Assembly: GCA_963749155.1 (NCBI GenBank)
Contig: CAVVLO010000001.1
Coordinates: 832,001-896,000 of the forward strand
Origin: an uncultured Armatimonadia bacterium
GTDB taxonomy: Bacteria > Armatimonadota > Zipacnadia > CAVVLO01
Direction of reading: 5' to 3'
Length of the DNA: 64,000 bases
Shown: positions 19,677-29,126 of the stretch, piece by piece
Position numbering within the stretch: position 1 is the stretch's first letter
Layout of the letters: each line of letters begins with the position of its first letter
The notes under the pieces: model-generated
Database searches by the model: none
What the model was told of the DNA's origin: nothing
What the model saw: the letters and a program-made list of their open reading frames with translations, nothing else
Translations under genes and position numbers: made by a program

Positions 19677-20252
19677 TTGGCCGAAGTAGCAGAGATACGA
19701 TGGCACGGCAGGGCTGGCCAGGGCGCCAAAAGCGCGGCCTACACCCTGGCGGAGTCAGCGGGCCAGGAGGGGAAGTATATTCAGGCTTTCCCGGTTTACG
19801 GCTCGGAGCGCGCTGGAGCGCCTATGATGGCCTTCACGCGTATTGCCGAGAAGACGATCCGCAGGCACGAACAGATCCACAACCCCGATATCGTCGTGGT
19901 GCTTGATGAGACCATCATCGAGTCGGGCGGAGCTTTGAAGGGACTGAAGCCAGGGGGCATCTTTATGCTCAACACCCAGGCTTCTCCCGCCGAAGTGAAA
20001 GCGAAATGGGCCCCTGATATGGACATCAAAGTCTATACGATGGATGCCACAACCATTTCTCTTGAAGAAATGGGTCGCCCCTTCCCCAATATCCCGATGC
20101 TTGGAGCACTGGCGCGGGTTGCAGGGCTGGTTTCACTGGAGCAACTCATCAAGGATGTGGCCGAGACCTTCCGCAAGAAGCTTGGCGACAAGGTGGCCGA
20201 GGCCAACAAGCGCTCCCTGCAGCGCGGCTACGAGGAGGTGCAGGGCCTGTGA
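19677..20252 (+). CDS. porC: Pyruvate/2-oxoacid:ferredoxin oxidoreductase gamma subunit
   Basis: EIRWHGRAGQGA, YGSERAGAP; SD AAGGAGG. Confidence 0.92.
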   Translation: MAEVAEIRWHGRAGQGAKSAAYTLAESAGQEGKYIQAFPVYGSERAGAPMMAFTRIAEKTIRRHEQIHNPDIVVVLDETIIESGGALKGLKPGGIFMLNTQASPAEVKAKWAPDMDIKVYTMDATTISLEEMGRPFPNIPMLGALARVAGLVSLEQLIKDVAETFRKKLGDKVAEANKRSLQRGYEEVQGL

Positions 20253-20596
20253 GCGACAAGAAAGTCGATTTGGTAAGAACTCCCACTGAGGAAGATACCT
20301 GGGAAGCGCTGACCGAGGCTGGCATTATCCCTCGCGCTGGCAATTCCACCGAGTATTTTACAGGTTCATGGCGAGTTGAGCGCCCCGTTTGGAGCGCCGA
20401 GAAGTGCATCAACTGTTATCAGTGCTGGATTATGTGTCCTGACGCCAGCATCCTGCTGGATGCCGAGGGCAAGGTAGCCGGCATAGACTACGACCACTGC
20501 AAAGGTTGCGGGGTGTGTTTCTCGGTCTGTCCGCCCAAGGTGGCGGCGATCGAGATGATCCTCGAGTCCGATGCTATGGCAAAGGAGGGGAAGTAA
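20249..20596 (+). CDS. porD: Pyruvate/2-oxoacid:ferredoxin oxidoreductase delta subunit
   Basis: TGSWR..RP, two 4Fe-4S motifs, DYDHCKGCG.C...CP. Confidence 0.92.
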   Translation: MSDKKVDLVRTPTEEDTWEALTEAGIIPRAGNSTEYFTGSWRVERPVWSAEKCINCYQCWIMCPDASILLDAEGKVAGIDYDHCKGCGVCFSVCPPKVAAIEMILESDAMAKEGK

Positions 20597-20597
20597 G

Positions 20598-21785
20598 ATG
20601 GGTAAAAGAATCCCGATGGAAGGCAATATAGCTGTTGCCAACGCGATGCGCCAGATTAATCCGGACATCGTAGCCGCGTATCCCATCACCCCCCAGACCG
20701 AAACGGTACAGGCCTTCGCCAAGTTCGTGGCGGATGGTCTGGTGGATACGGACGTAATCCGCGTAGAAAGCGAGCACTCGGCTATGAGCGCCTGCATTGG
20801 CGCTGGCGCGGCTGGGGCGCGGGTCTTTACCGCCACCTCGGCTAACGGTATGGCGCTGATGTGGGAGATGCTCTATATCGCCGCCTCGCTTCGGCTGCCC
20901 ATCGTTATGGCGATGGTCAACCGCGCGCTGTCAGGCAACATCAACATCCACTGCGACCATTCGGACTCGATGGGCGCTCGCGACTCGGGCTGGATTCAGA
21001 TTTACGCTGAAAACGGCCAGGAAGCTTACGACAACTTCATCCAGAGCGTGCGCATCGCCGAGGCGGCTCGCCTCCCGGTTATGTGCTGCTATGACGGCTT
21101 CATCATCAGCCACGCCTTCGAGACCCTCGAAGTCGAGGACGATGCGGCTGTGCGCGCTTTCGTGGGCGATTACACTCCAGCTTATAACTTGCTGGATATC
21201 GAACACCCGATCACAGTCGGCCCGCTGGACCTGTTCGATTTCTATTTCGAGCACAAGATCAGCGAAATCAAGGCCTACAAGCCCGCACAGGAAGCCATCA
21301 TCAAGGTCGGCAAGGAGTTCGGAGCGACGTTCGGGCGCGAATATGGCCTGTTCGAGGCTTATGAACTCGACGACGCCGAAGAGGTCATTGTTTGCCTCTC
21401 TTCAACGGCCGGCAGTGTGAAGGATGTCATTGACGAGATGCGCGCCGAAGGGCGCAAGGTCGGCCTGCTCAAGCCGCGTCTCTTCCGTCCCTTCCCCGCG
21501 AAAGAATACGTCGAGGCGCTCTCGGGCGCCAAGTCGATCGCGGTACTCGACAGAGCCGAGTCCTTTGGCGCCTACACCGCTCCGCTCTACACAGAGCTTG
21601 CAGCAGCGATGAAGGTCTTCGGCAAAGATACTCCGATGATCAACTACGTGTACGGCCTGGGTGGGCGCGAGATCAACCTGGATCACATCCGGTCGGTTTA
21701 CGCTGATCTGGTCGAAGCCAAGGGCGGCGTTGATCCTGCAAACGTCAAGCGCTTCCTGGGCGTGCGTGGAGAGGTGACGCTCTAA
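20598..21785 (+). CDS. porA: Pyruvate:ferredoxin oxidoreductase alpha subunit
   Basis: AYPITPQT, VESEHSA, NIHCDHSD. Confidence 0.95.
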   Translation: MGKRIPMEGNIAVANAMRQINPDIVAAYPITPQTETVQAFAKFVADGLVDTDVIRVESEHSAMSACIGAGAAGARVFTATSANGMALMWEMLYIAASLRLPIVMAMVNRALSGNINIHCDHSDSMGARDSGWIQIYAENGQEAYDNFIQSVRIAEAARLPVMCCYDGFIISHAFETLEVEDDAAVRAFVGDYTPAYNLLDIEHPITVGPLDLFDFYFEHKISEIKAYKPAQEAIIKVGKEFGATFGREYGLFEAYELDDAEEVIVCLSSTAGSVKDVIDEMRAEGRKVGLLKPRLFRPFPAKEYVEALSGAKSIAVLDRAESFGAYTAPLYTELAAAMKVFGKDTPMINYVYGLGGREINLDHIRSVYADLVEAKGGVDPANVKRFLGVRGEVTL

Positions 21786-22729
21786 TGGCTAGTCTTAAAG
21801 AACTGGCTCAACAGAACAAGATGCCCCTGGCGCCAGGCCATCGCCTGTGCCCTGGCTGCCTGGCTCCGACCGTAGTGCGTCAGGTGCTAATGGCCTCCAA
21901 GTATCCGGTTGTCACGACCTGTGCCACCGGCTGCCTTGAGGTGTCCACGACCATCTATCCCTACACCTCGTGGAATGTGCCTTTCATCCACAGCGCTTTC
22001 GAGAACTCGGCAGCGACGATGTCGGGCATCGAAACGACTTACAGGCATATGCGGAAGATGGGCAAACTCGATACAGAGATGCGCTTCGTGGCCTTCGGCG
22101 GCGATGGTGGCACTTACGACATCGGGATCCAGGCGCTCTCGGGAGCGATGGAGCGCGGGCACAGCCTGCTCTATGTCTGCTACGACAACGAGGGCTATAT
22201 GAACACGGGCGCGCAACGCTCGTCCGCAACCCCGCTGTGCGCCAACACTACGACGGCGCCGGTAGGCAAAGCCATCAAGGGCAAGACCGAGCAGCGCAAA
22301 GACCTTACGCTGATTATGGCCATGCACGATATCCCTTACGTAGCCCAGGCCTCGCCGCATAACTCGCGCGACCTGATCGCAAAGGCCGAGAAAGCCTTCG
22401 ATTACAATGGGGCGGCCTTCATCAACACGCTGGCCACCTGCGTCCGCTCGTGGGGCGTAGATAGCAAGCAGTCCGTCGAGGCGCTGAAGATGGCGACCGA
22501 GACGTGCTTCTGGCCCCTTTACGAGGTCGACCATGGCGTGCTCAAGATCAGCTACAAGCCGAAGGAGAAGCTGCCTATCGCAGAGTTCCTGAAGCTGCAG
22601 GTGCGTTACAAGGAAATGAGCAAACCCGAAAGCGCAGAGCTAGTGAAGAAGCTGCAGGATTGGGTCGACTACAAGTGGGAGCAGTTGCTCGCTCTCGAAG
22701 CGGCCAACCTGCCCAAGCAGGCTGTCTAA
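21785..22729 (+). CDS. porB: Pyruvate:ferredoxin oxidoreductase beta subunit (TPP-binding)
   Basis: GHRLCPGC, GGDGGTYDIG, YDNEGYMNTG.Q. Confidence 0.95.
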   Translation: MASLKELAQQNKMPLAPGHRLCPGCLAPTVVRQVLMASKYPVVTTCATGCLEVSTTIYPYTSWNVPFIHSAFENSAATMSGIETTYRHMRKMGKLDTEMRFVAFGGDGGTYDIGIQALSGAMERGHSLLYVCYDNEGYMNTGAQRSSATPLCANTTTAPVGKAIKGKTEQRKDLTLIMAMHDIPYVAQASPHNSRDLIAKAEKAFDYNGAAFINTLATCVRSWGVDSKQSVEALKMATETCFWPLYEVDHGVLKISYKPKEKLPIAEFLKLQVRYKEMSKPESAELVKKLQDWVDYKWEQLLALEAANLPKQAV

Positions 22730-22755
22730 GCCAGTCTGTTTCTTTTGAAGCCAAA

Positions 22756-22791
22756 GCACCGGGGTCGCCCACGCGGCCCCGGTGTACTTTT
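22756..22791 (+). terminator. Intrinsic terminator after porB
   Basis: GCACCGGGGTCGC/GCGGCCCCGGTGT stem followed by ACTTTT. Confidence 0.65.
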
Positions 22792-22840
22792 GGCAGGAGA
22801 TAATAGTGATAGGGGCGAAGCGTAAGGCACTAACTCCCTG

Positions 22841-25516
22841 GTGGTGAGGTTCTTGAAAGCTGCCCTTACACTGCTCCTCCTCCTGATTTGCGCTCTGCCT
22901 GCCCTTGCGCTGGACTATGTCTGGTGGGAGGGCGAAGAGGCCGTGGACCACAACTTCGATAACACTGCCTTCGCGCCGGGAGGCCTGGATAGTCCCAACC
23001 TGCTTTCAGGTGACAACTGGCTCAACACGCAGGCGAACGTGGCAGAGGGACAGAAATACGCCAAGTGGCAGGTGACCGTACCAGCGACTGGTTCCTGGTA
23101 TATCTACGCGCGCAAGTTTTGGCATCATGGTCCCTTCGAATGGCGCTTCGGGCAAGGCCCCTGGCGCGACGCCAGCAAGGTCAGCTTGCTCGATAATGTA
23201 GATTTACGCCAGTTTATCAATGCCAACTGGGTGTTGCTGGGCAAATATGAGTTGCAGGCGGGCACTCAGAGCTTCGAGATAAGACTGGTCAACGCAGCTG
23301 ATGCGGCGGCTTGCTTCGATTGCTTCGCCTTGACCGATAAGGTGTGGTTCCCCTCGGGCAAGTTGAAGCCGGATGAGAAGTCAGGCCTGGCTGAACCTGG
23401 TTGGTGGGCTTTCGAGCCTGGGGCGGACGATTTTCAGCCCACTCCCCTTGACATGCGCGCGCTCAATCATCCAACCGCCGGGGCCAAAGGCTTCCTTCAG
23501 CGCCAGGGGATGGACTTCGTCTTCGAGCAAGACCCAACCCCCTATCGCTTTTGGGCAGTAAATACAGGTTATGACTGGGTCGAGATGCCCGGCGAATATG
23601 TCGGGTACCTGGCGCGCAAGCTGGCGAAGGCAGGGGTGAACCTCGTCCGCGTCCACGGCCCGCTCTTCGATCCTGACGCGGCTTCACTTGAAGAAATCAA
23701 CTGGGAACGCATCCGGCTGCTGCACTACTTCGTGGCGGTGATGGCGCAGGAGGGCATCTACACCGAGCTGTCGTGCTATTTCCCTCTTTGGACATCCATA
23801 AAAGAGAGTTATGGGATACCGGGCTATGAAACAATTGGCAACAAGAATCCCTTCGGCCTGCTCTTCTTCGATGAAAAACTGCAAGCGGCGCATCGAGCCT
23901 GGCTGAAGGCGGCTCTCGAGACAACAAATCTGTTCACCGGTATGGCGCTGAAGGATGATCCAGCGCTTGCCCTGGTGGAGCTATGCAACGAGGATAATTA
24001 CTTCTTCTGGACTTTCAATCCTGGCGAGACTATCCCCCTTGCGGCCATCGAGCCACTGGAGGAGGCTTTCGGCGATTGGGCGGGGGAGAAGTATGGCTCG
24101 ATACAGGCGGCTTTCGACACCTGGGACTGGCCGCAGGAGCGCGATGAGGCAGCCAGTGGAAGGGCCCAGCTTCAGGGCGCCTGGTTTATGACCGCTGAAG
24201 GCGCCAGGAACACGCCGAAGGGCGGCCTCAGGATGCAGGACCAGGTGCGTTTCCTCGCCGAGAGCCAGAGAGGTTTCTACGAGCAGACCTTGCAGTGGCT
24301 GCGCTCCGAGGTCGGGTTGAAGTGTCCAACCATCTCAAGCAACTGGATTACTGCCGATGGCGCCACCCTGGGCGCTATTGACAAGTGGACGAATGCGGCT
24401 TGCGAAGTTATGGACCGCCACGCCTATTTCGACGCTCAGCATGTCACAGAGCGCGGCTGGCAGCTTAGCGTGGGAGACAAATACAGGGACCGGCTGGCGT
24501 TGAAGGAACCGGAGGCTTTCTCCCTGCGCGAGGTGCAGTACGAGGGACACCCCTGCCTTATCTCGGAATATGCTCTCTCGATGATCAACAACTACCGACT
24601 CGACCAGTCCTTCCTTGCTGCGACTTATGGGGCGCTGGAGGGCGTAGATGGGCTAGTACATTTTTCACTCGATGGCCCAGGCTGGGCCCAGTCACTTGGT
24701 AAATGGCCTCTGATGGAGCCGACTGTGCTGGGACAGTTCCCGCTTGCGGCGCTGCTTTATCGAAGGGGCGATGTGGCGGAGGCGGCGCCGGTCTTCTATC
24801 AGGGACTTGCGCTGGACGACTTGTTCGCCTTGAAGGGGACGGGCGTTGAGGAACCAATGAACGTGGACAACCTGCGCGCGGCAGGCATCCCTCCAGGGGG
24901 CGCCGTTACAGGCGGAGAGAGTCGCCTTGATCCCTGGGCTTTTTACGTGGGCAAGGTAGTGCGCAGCTTCGAGCCTGGCGCCGAGACGCGCGCGGTGGAC
25001 CTTTCGCCTTATATTGACAGGGAGCAACAGACAGTTAAGAGTCTTGATGGTTCGCTTCTCTGGGATGTAAAACGAGGCCTGGCCACTGTTGACACTCCGC
25101 GCAGCCAGGGCGCAACCGGCCTTATTGGCGCCGCCGCGCCGATTGAGCTGTCGGCGCTTACGATTAACTTTGGGCTGGAATATGGCACTGTGCTGCTGGC
25201 CAGTTTAACGGACTCTCCACTTGCCGATTCGGCCAGTCTGCTCTTACAGGTAGGCGCCCAGGCCCGCAGGTATGGGTGGCAAGAGTCGCCCGAGGGTGAA
25301 TTGATGAAGGTTGAGAATCTCGGTGGACCGCCGCTCAATGTACGCGAACTAGAAGGTACGCTGACACTGACCTTCCCAGGCGCCGAGGGCTTGACTGTAA
25401 GGGCTCTGGATCCGAACGGCGCTCCCCTGGAGCGTGAACTGCAGGTTGTGAAATCTACAGGCCAGCTGACCTTGTCGCTGGAACCAGACGTGCTGTACTA
25501 CCACTTCAGCAGGTAG
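22841..25516 (+). CDS. Secreted clan GH-A-like (GH5-related) glycoside hydrolase with N-terminal beta-sandwich
   Basis: Signal peptide; GVNLVRVH, ELCNED (acid/base-like), LISEY (nucleophile-like). Confidence 0.6.
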   Translation: MVRFLKAALTLLLLLICALPALALDYVWWEGEEAVDHNFDNTAFAPGGLDSPNLLSGDNWLNTQANVAEGQKYAKWQVTVPATGSWYIYARKFWHHGPFEWRFGQGPWRDASKVSLLDNVDLRQFINANWVLLGKYELQAGTQSFEIRLVNAADAAACFDCFALTDKVWFPSGKLKPDEKSGLAEPGWWAFEPGADDFQPTPLDMRALNHPTAGAKGFLQRQGMDFVFEQDPTPYRFWAVNTGYDWVEMPGEYVGYLARKLAKAGVNLVRVHGPLFDPDAASLEEINWERIRLLHYFVAVMAQEGIYTELSCYFPLWTSIKESYGIPGYETIGNKNPFGLLFFDEKLQAAHRAWLKAALETTNLFTGMALKDDPALALVELCNEDNYFFWTFNPGETIPLAAIEPLEEAFGDWAGEKYGSIQAAFDTWDWPQERDEAASGRAQLQGAWFMTAEGARNTPKGGLRMQDQVRFLAESQRGFYEQTLQWLRSEVGLKCPTISSNWITADGATLGAIDKWTNAACEVMDRHAYFDAQHVTERGWQLSVGDKYRDRLALKEPEAFSLREVQYEGHPCLISEYALSMINNYRLDQSFLAATYGALEGVDGLVHFSLDGPGWAQSLGKWPLMEPTVLGQFPLAALLYRRGDVAEAAPVFYQGLALDDLFALKGTGVEEPMNVDNLRAAGIPPGGAVTGGESRLDPWAFYVGKVVRSFEPGAETRAVDLSPYIDREQQTVKSLDGSLLWDVKRGLATVDTPRSQGATGLIGAAAPIELSALTINFGLEYGTVLLASLTDSPLADSASLLLQVGAQARRYGWQESPEGELMKVENLGGPPLNVRELEGTLTLTFPGAEGLTVRALDPNGAPLERELQVVKSTGQLTLSLEPDVLYYHFSR

Positions 25517-25567
25517 TTCAGGCAGCAAATCAGGCTAGGCATATGGAGGCCGGCGAGGCCGGCCAGC

Positions 25568-25597
25568 TTGACCCTGCGCGGGGCCAGAAGCTATCAT
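25568..25597 (+). promoter_or_regulatory. Possible cysS promoter (TTGACC-18 nt-TATCAT)
   Basis: Hexamers at 25568-25573 and 25592-25597. Confidence 0.45.
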
Positions 25598-25627
25598 CAG
25601 GCAGTTCTCCCGGAGGTAGACCCGCAG

Positions 25628-27013
25628 ATGAAGCTATTCAATACGATGACTCGCAGGAAAGAGGAATTTGTGCCAATTGCCCCACCCAAAGTGGGCTTCT
25701 ATACCTGCGGGCCGACCGTTTACAACCGAGTGCATATCGGTAACCTGCGCACCTTCCTCTTCGAGGATCTGCTGCGGCGCTGGCTCAAGTTCCGGGGCTT
25801 CGAGCCCTACCAGGTGATGAATCTTACCGACGTGGATGACAAGACTATCCGCGGCGCAAGCGAGCAGGGCGTAAGCCTGGACGAGTATACGGCGCCGTAT
25901 ATCGAGCTGTTCTACGAGGACATCAAGAAACTTAATATCGAGCCGGCCGAGGTCTATCCCCGCGCCACGCTGCATATCGCCGAGATGGTCGAGCTGGTAA
26001 AGCAACTAAGGGCGAATGGGCTTACTTATGAAAGCGAGGGCTCTATCTATTTTTCGATCGGTCGGTTCGCTGATTATGGCAAGCTGTCGGGGATACGCCC
26101 AAGCGAACTCAAGTGCGGGGTGCGCGTCGAGCTGGACGAGTATGAGAAAGACGATGCGCGCGATTTCGTGCTGTGGAAGGCCGCAAAGCCAGGCGAGCCG
26201 AGTTGGGATACCGAACTGGGCAAAGGCCGGCCCGGCTGGCATATCGAGTGCTCGGCGATGTCGATGAAGTATCTTGGCGCGACGCTGGATATCCATACCG
26301 GCGGCGTGGACAATATGTTTCCGCATCATGAGAACGAGATAGCCCAGAGCGAGGCCGCAACGGGAAAGCCTTTCGTCAAATACTGGCTGCATGCCGAGCA
26401 CCTGCTGGTAGATGGCGAGAAGATGTCAAAGTCGAAAGGCAACTTCTATACGCTTGGCGATCTGCTGGAGAAGGGCATCGACCCAATTGATGTGCGGTTC
26501 GCGCTGCTACAGACCCATTATCGCTCTCAGTACAACTTCACGCTGGAAGGCGTTGCCCAGGCGCATGCAGGCAGGCGCAGGCTGCAGGACTTCTATGCGC
26601 GGCTCGCGGAAGTGGATGCAGAAGGCCTTGCAAGCCCGGAAGTGACCGAGCTGGTTCAACAAACGCGCCAACGATTTGTCGAGGCTGGAGACGATGACCT
26701 AAATATCCCCGAGGCGCTGGGGCAGGTCTTCGCGATGATGCCCAGGGCCAACTCACTGCTGGATGAGAGCAAGCTTACGAAAGCAGATGCCGAAGCGCTC
26801 GCAAAACTGCTCGAGGATTTCGATCGAGTATTGGGCGTGCTGGAGCGGGAATCTCAATTGCTGGATGCCGACGTCGAGGCGCTGATGATGGAGCGCGAAC
26901 AGGCGCGTAAAGACCGCAATTTCGCGCGCTCGGACGAGATTAGAGACCTGCTGAAGGCCCAAGGGATCCTGCTCGAAGATACTGCCAAAGGGACGAGGTG
27001 GAAGCGCGAATGA
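25628..27013 (+). CDS. cysS: Cysteine-tRNA ligase
   Basis: CGPTVY, HIGN, GRPGWHIECS, KMSKS; GGAGG SD. Confidence 0.98.
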   Translation: MKLFNTMTRRKEEFVPIAPPKVGFYTCGPTVYNRVHIGNLRTFLFEDLLRRWLKFRGFEPYQVMNLTDVDDKTIRGASEQGVSLDEYTAPYIELFYEDIKKLNIEPAEVYPRATLHIAEMVELVKQLRANGLTYESEGSIYFSIGRFADYGKLSGIRPSELKCGVRVELDEYEKDDARDFVLWKAAKPGEPSWDTELGKGRPGWHIECSAMSMKYLGATLDIHTGGVDNMFPHHENEIAQSEAATGKPFVKYWLHAEHLLVDGEKMSKSKGNFYTLGDLLEKGIDPIDVRFALLQTHYRSQYNFTLEGVAQAHAGRRRLQDFYARLAEVDAEGLASPEVTELVQQTRQRFVEAGDDDLNIPEALGQVFAMMPRANSLLDESKLTKADAEALAKLLEDFDRVLGVLERESQLLDADVEALMMEREQARKDRNFARSDEIRDLLKAQGILLEDTAKGTRWKRE

Positions 27014-27945
27014 GGGTAGCTTTCTTCGGGATGTTCGAGTATGGCTCACTTGCGCTGCAAGGCTTGCTGGAGGCTGGACTGGAGATAGCCTGCGTGGTGA
27101 CAGTCCATCAGGATCCGCATAGAGAGCCTTACTTCGAGGCGACGCCACTTCACGAGGTGGCCCGGGCTGCGGGGCTGCCCCTCCACGAGCCAGAGAGTGT
27201 AAGGACTGACAAGTTTCGCGCGCTGCTTGCCAGCCACAAGCCTGATATGGGCGCAATTGCCTTGTTCGATAAACTGTTGCCAGCCGAAGTGTTGAGGGTG
27301 CCGAATCAGGGCTTCCTGAACGCGCATCCCTCTCTGCTGCCGGCCTACCGCGGGCCAACGCCGCATAACTGGGTGCTTATCAACGGAGAGACCAAAACTG
27401 GTGTCTCCATCCATCAGGTTAATCCCGAGATGGACTCGGGTGCCGTCCTGCTGCAGGCAAGTTGTGCTATCGAGCCTGATGATACCGCCGATATTGTTAT
27501 GCACAAGATCGCAAAGCTTGCGAGCAAAGCGCTGCCAGAGGGGCTTAAGCAGGTCGAGGCGGGGAAGGCTCACTTTATGCCGCAGGACCCGGCGCGCGCG
27601 ACCTATTTCCCCCGCAGGCGCGATGCCTACGGCATAGTGCTGTGGTGGAAGTCTGCGCAGGAAATCTATAACTTGTATCGCGGGATGCTTCCAAGGCCAG
27701 GCGCCTTTACTTATCACCATAGTCGAAAGCTTGGGCTGCTAAGGGCAAAACTCGTGCCTTCGCCCAGCTCGCAGGCGCAGCACCTCGAAGCGGGGGGAGT
27801 GTTGCAGGTTACCCCCGAAGGGGTATGGGTGCAATGCGGGCAGGGCCAGGTGCTGCTGGAAGAGCTGCTGCTCGAAGGGCAACCTGTTGCCGCAAGTGAA
27901 TATGCCGCCCGGTACAAGCTGGTCGCGGGCGATCATCTGGGTTAG
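27010..27945 (+). CDS. N10-formyl-THF-dependent formyltransferase (Fmt / ArnA-N-terminal-like)
   Basis: NAHPSLLPAYRG and DSG catalytic motifs plus Fmt-like C domain; lacks GTPxFA/TQPD of canonical Fmt. Confidence 0.8.
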   Translation: MRVAFFGMFEYGSLALQGLLEAGLEIACVVTVHQDPHREPYFEATPLHEVARAAGLPLHEPESVRTDKFRALLASHKPDMGAIALFDKLLPAEVLRVPNQGFLNAHPSLLPAYRGPTPHNWVLINGETKTGVSIHQVNPEMDSGAVLLQASCAIEPDDTADIVMHKIAKLASKALPEGLKQVEAGKAHFMPQDPARATYFPRRRDAYGIVLWWKSAQEIYNLYRGMLPRPGAFTYHHSRKLGLLRAKLVPSPSSQAQHLEAGGVLQVTPEGVWVQCGQGQVLLEELLLEGQPVAASEYAARYKLVAGDHLG

Positions 27946-27954
27946 AGGAGAATA

Positions 27955-28350
27955 ATGAAAGCACTGCTTGAAAAAATAAAGTTCGATGAGAAGGGGCTTA
28001 TTCCCTTCATCACGCAGGACGCCAACACCAAAGAGGTGCTGACGCTCGCGTATATGAACGATGAAGCTTTGAAGCTGACACTCGAGACAGGCAAGATACA
28101 CGTCTTCCGCCGGTCGCGCGGGCGCGTGATGATGAAGGGTGAAACCAGCGGGATGGTGCAGGAAGTAAAGGAGATTCGCCTGGACTGCGAGGGCAATTCA
28201 CTACTCATCCTCGCCGAGCCCAAGGGCCCAGCTTGCCACAAGATGTTCTGGACCTGCTATTTCGAAGAATACAAGCCCGACTCGGACAGCTTCGTAACAC
28301 ATGGTGAGCCGCTGCTCGATCCAAAAGAGGTTTACAAGGGCAAAGAGTAG
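27955..28350 (+). CDS. hisI: Phosphoribosyl-AMP cyclohydrolase (variant motif)
   Basis: GLIP.I.QD, LAYMN.EAL, KGETSG, DC..., ACH...TCYF. Confidence 0.85.
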   Translation: MKALLEKIKFDEKGLIPFITQDANTKEVLTLAYMNDEALKLTLETGKIHVFRRSRGRVMMKGETSGMVQEVKEIRLDCEGNSLLILAEPKGPACHKMFWTCYFEEYKPDSDSFVTHGEPLLDPKEVYKGKE

Positions 28351-28367
28351 CCAGCCAAATAACAACA

Positions 28368-28404
28368 CAAAAAGAAACCGGGCCTTTCGGGGCCCGGTTT
28401 TTTG
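28368..28404. terminator. Bidirectional intrinsic terminator
   Basis: AAACCGGGCCT-TTCG-GGGCCCGGTTT with T6 downstream and A-run upstream. Confidence 0.8.
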
Positions 28405-28425
28405 TGAGTTTTTAGAGAGGCATGG

Positions 28426-28914
28426 TTACTTGATTACCGAGGCAAGCGCTCTGGCTTCGCCATATTTGGCAAGTGAGCCTCCGAGCAGGCCATAGATTAG
28501 CCCCACGAGCCAAACTCCGGTGAGCATGCCAGCCCAATAGCGGACGCCCCCAATAGGGACGAAGTGCCTCCGACACCAGCGGCGCCATTTTACAGCGCCC
28601 CAACGGGCGCCCCAGAAGGCCGCCCACAGGGCATAACCACCGATAAACAAGGCGATTACGCGGCACCAGGCGGTTCCAATCAGGGTGCAAGCGGAAGCAC
28701 CGATAAGCAGTCCACCAACGAGCAACAAAATGGAAAGCCGGATTGCAAGAGCAGCCTCATCGAGGGTCTCGCTACGGACACGTTCGACGCATTTGGTGCA
28801 GATGATACTGCCAGCTACCCTGTTACCACAGGAGGCGCAGATAGGGCGATGACAGGTACTGCAAGAACCCACCGCCGGCCTGCTGGTATGGATGTGACAG
28901 AACTGGGAGGTCAT
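28426..28914 (-). CDS. Membrane protein with N-terminal B-box-like zinc finger
   Basis: CxxH..CxxC..CxxC..CxxC followed by about 3 TM helices. Confidence 0.7.
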   Translation of the reverse strand: MTSQFCHIHTSRPAVGSCSTCHRPICASCGNRVAGSIICTKCVERVRSETLDEAALAIRLSILLLVGGLLIGASACTLIGTAWCRVIALFIGGYALWAAFWGARWGAVKWRRWCRRHFVPIGGVRYWAGMLTGVWLVGLIYGLLGGSLAKYGEARALASVIK

Positions 28915-28955
28915 AGCTCTCTCTCACCCCGCAAGGTAACAAACTATATACTTTG

Positions 28956-28983
28956 ATTATACAAGACATCACAAACTCTGCAA
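28956..28983 (-). promoter_or_regulatory. sigma70 promoter (TTGCAG-16 nt-TATAAT) for the zinc-finger membrane gene
   Basis: Reverse-strand hexamers at 28983-28978 and 28961-28956. Confidence 0.55.
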
Positions 28984-29075
28984 GGTTGCAAGTCTAATCG
29001 GCTCCTAATAAATATTTTTCTTGGGGGAAGAAGATATTTTTAATCTTGCAGGGAGATTACGTCTCCTGAATCCCG

Positions 29076-29104
29076 TTGCCGCCGGGCGGCGCAAGGCATA
29101 CAAT
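29076..29104 (+). promoter_or_regulatory. sigma70 promoter (TTGCCG-17 nt-TACAAT) for the ispA-ispH unit
   Basis: Hexamers at 29076-29081 and 29099-29104. Confidence 0.55.
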
Positions 29105-29126
29105 GGGGCCTCCGGAGGCTACCAGG

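Noticed and set aside
25517..25627. T-box leader before cysS
   Set aside because: Region is too short, lacks the T-box motif and terminator, and has a promoter-like element ~30 nt from the start.
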